This document shows, one piece after another, positions 38,171 through 39,726 of a stretch of 39,726 bases of DNA (position 1 is its first letter; the number at the start of each line of letters is the position of its first letter). The notes below the pieces were generated by a model that made no database searches, was not told the DNA's origin, and saw only the letters and a list, made by a program, of their open reading frames with translations. The position numbers and the translations under genes were made by a program. The DNA is from an uncultured Methanotrichaceae archaeon (GTDB lineage Archaea > Halobacteriota > Methanosarcinia > Methanotrichales > Methanotrichaceae), in contig CAZNGI010000002.1 in the NCBI GenBank assembly GCA_964572505.1, forward strand, positions 1 through 39,726, read 5' to 3'.

Positions 38171-38577
38171 TGCGGTTCACCACCTCGAGAAGGCCCTCGC
38201 CAGGAACGAGAAGGCTCGCCAGAATTTTGGCTGGCTTTCTTGGCGCTGGCTACATGACCCGAGGCAAGTCCGGCCTCGACGACGAGGAGGTCTGGATGGT
38301 GGTCGTCGAGGGACACGGAAACCCCATGGGCCTTGCTCGAAGGCATTGTGGCGAGGAGAAGGTCCTTCGTTTTGCGCTCTCCGTCGAAGGCGAATCGAAG
38401 AGGCTGAGGATGAACAGGTCCGTTGTGGTGGGCACCGGGAAGGCCGCCCGCGATCTGGCGGAGTTCTTCGGTCTCGACTGGGCGTCCGAGGGCGCGGCCG
38501 AAAGGGTGATCCGGGTCGGAGACGGTCGGATCGATTTCGTCGACGGCGAAGACTTGATACTCAGGCTGAATATATGA
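38170..38577 (+). CDS. Brix/Imp4-like ribosome biogenesis protein (short form)
   Basis: TTSRRPS-x-GTR, RGK and GNP motifs; canonical position after rpoP. Confidence 0.8.
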   Translation: MRFTTSRRPSPGTRRLARILAGFLGAGYMTRGKSGLDDEEVWMVVVEGHGNPMGLARRHCGEEKVLRFALSVEGESKRLRMNRSVVVGTGKAARDLAEFFGLDWASEGAAERVIRVGDGRIDFVDGEDLILRLNI

Positions 38578-38801
38578 AAGGCCGCGCAGATCTCGTATTC
38601 GAGGTGGATGACCCGGAGAGGGTCTATGAGGCCCTCGCTCCCGAGGCCGAGGACCAGGTCCAGAGGAGCGAGATCCGGCTTGAAACCTGCGAGGAGGGGA
38701 TCCGTCTATGCATCGAGAGCGAGGACGTGGTATCCCTCAGAGCCGCCCTGAACACGTGGATCAGATTGGTCAAGATAGCAATGGAAATGGTGTTGGTATG
38801 A
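38574..38801 (+). CDS. pcc1: KEOPS complex subunit Pcc1
   Basis: ALAPE...D-x-VSLRAALNTWIRLVKIA. Confidence 0.9.
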   Translation: MKGRADLVFEVDDPERVYEALAPEAEDQVQRSEIRLETCEEGIRLCIESEDVVSLRAALNTWIRLVKIAMEMVLV

Positions 38802-39160
38802 GCGGCGAATTGCCACCCCAGGTACAGAACCAGATAGCACAGCTCCAGCAGCTCCAGCAGCAGGCTCAGGCGCTGTTGGGCCAGAAAAGCCAGATAGAGA
38901 TGATCCTCCGGGAGACGGAGTCCGCGGTCAAGGAGCTGGAAGCGAGCTCCGAGGATGCGGTTATTTATAAGAGCGTGGGTGAGGTACTCTTCAAGGCCGA
39001 TCGGGCCAAGCTGATCGAAGAGTTCAAGGACAAGAAGGAAGTCCTCGACCTGCGGCTGAAGACCCTCGCAAAGCAGGAAGAGCGGATTCAGAAGCGGTTC
39101 ACTCAGCTCCAAGAGCAGCTTCAGCAGTCCCTGGGCCAGAAGGTTCCAGAGGCAGCCTGA
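38798..39160 (+). CDS. pfdB: Prefoldin beta subunit
   Basis: ELPPQVQNQIAQLQQLQQQ, IYKSVG, coiled-coil ends. Confidence 0.96.
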   Translation: MSGELPPQVQNQIAQLQQLQQQAQALLGQKSQIEMILRETESAVKELEASSEDAVIYKSVGEVLFKADRAKLIEEFKDKKEVLDLRLKTLAKQEERIQKRFTQLQEQLQQSLGQKVPEAA

Positions 39161-39182
39161 AATTCGATTTCGGTCATGTAGC

Positions 39183-39257
39183 GGGCCCGTGGCTTAGCCA
39201 GGATATAGCACCGGGCTTCTAACCCGGGGGTCGTGGGTTCGAATCCCACCGGGTCCG
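39183..39257 (+). tRNA. tRNA-Arg(TCT), intronless, CCA not encoded
   Basis: Acceptor GGGCCCG/CGGGTCC; anticodon arm CCGGG-CTTCTAA-CCCGG; T arm GTGGG-TTCGAAT-CCCAC; discriminator G. Confidence 0.97.
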
Positions 39258-39306
39258 CCTGCTACTTAAATTTTCGAGATAACCGGGATTTTTCGAGGCG
39301 ACTAAA

Positions 39307-39489
39307 ATGTGCGAGCTATCCGTTTACATGAAGGACAGCAAAGAGATCCTGATGGAGGGCGTCGTCGTCCTCGTCACAAAAGGCGACAAGGTCCAGATGG
39401 AGGACATATTGGGCAGGACGAAAGAGGCCTCCGGCAGGATCGTCGAGGTGAACATCTCCAGCCAGAAGGCGTTCTTGGAGCCAACTTAG
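39307..39489 (+). CDS. CooT-family nickel-binding protein (COG1532)
   Basis: 60 aa; MCE start, ME-x-V, DILG, G-x-I-x-EVN pattern. Confidence 0.8.
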   Translation: MCELSVYMKDSKEILMEGVVVLVTKGDKVQMEDILGRTKEASGRIVEVNISSQKAFLEPT

Positions 39490-39601
39490 AGGGCACGTAG
39501 GCCGGAATGACAATCTCTCCGGTTTTTGACCTCCGACGATGTGGGTTTTGGAAAATATGGGGATAGGGCGTCCCTAGACCGCACTACTGTTGGTAATACA
39601 C

Positions 39602-39724
39602 CTATTTTATCGGGCTGAACTTGATCACCCTGTCGTAAAGGATCTCGTCGTAGCTCGAACTCACCGTCATATTTTGCTCCAAATACCCCCTGAACCCCAC
39701 ATATGCCGGCTGATCAAGCTCAAT
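39602..39724 (-). CDS. 3' end of a gene starting outside the window (function unknown)
   Basis: Open frame ...IELDQPAYVGFRGYLEQNMTVSSSYDEILYDRVIKFSPIK* reaching the window edge. Confidence 0.5.
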   Translation of the reverse strand: MELDQPAYVGFRGYLEQNMTVSSSYDEILYDRVIKFSPIK

Positions 39725-39726
39725 CC

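Noticed and set aside
31866-39160. Exosome-proteasome-RNase P superoperon as a novel system
   Set aside because: Well-described conserved archaeal gene order; intact and ordinary here.
39183-39257. tRNA-Arg as an integration site
   Set aside because: No duplicate of its 3' end and no integrase seen in the window; sequence beyond the right edge cannot be assessed.

Overview
39.7 kb of a GC-rich methanogenic archaeon chromosome. Gene content and style suggest Methanosarcinales, probably Methanothrix/Methanocrinis-like (inference). Left (0.3-12.3 kb): an RND(HAE3)/COG1361 pair divergent from a GbsR-family regulator with visible palindromic operators, an MFS transporter, a 7-PAS histidine kinase, a HEAT protein, and methanogenesis markers 2 and 4 (mtxX). 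Middle (12.4-28.6 kb): an accessory region with a secreted FmdE-like protein, a flavin reductase plus a decayed duplicate, two Cys-rich class III (BtuF/FecB-type) substrate-binding proteins, two paralogous SAM methyltransferases, an SPFH protein, a FecCD importer and an ABC-2 exporter. It is followed by an AT-richer 36-aa-repeat HEAT gene, an IS200/IS605-like hairpin element (second copy at the window start) and a toxin-antitoxin pair whose PIN toxin carries an in-frame amber codon. Right (28.6-39.7 kb): a GGR-family oxidoreductase, marker 14, the intact archaeal exosome/proteasome/RNase P superoperon (rpl15e to pfdB, including rpoP, which the ORF track missed), tRNA-Arg(TCT) and a CooT-family protein. 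The best candidate for an undescribed system is the FmdE/Cys-rich SBP/methyltransferase/import+export cluster. No CRISPR array, rRNA, integrase or intact transposase was seen. All family calls come from motif recognition, not database searches.
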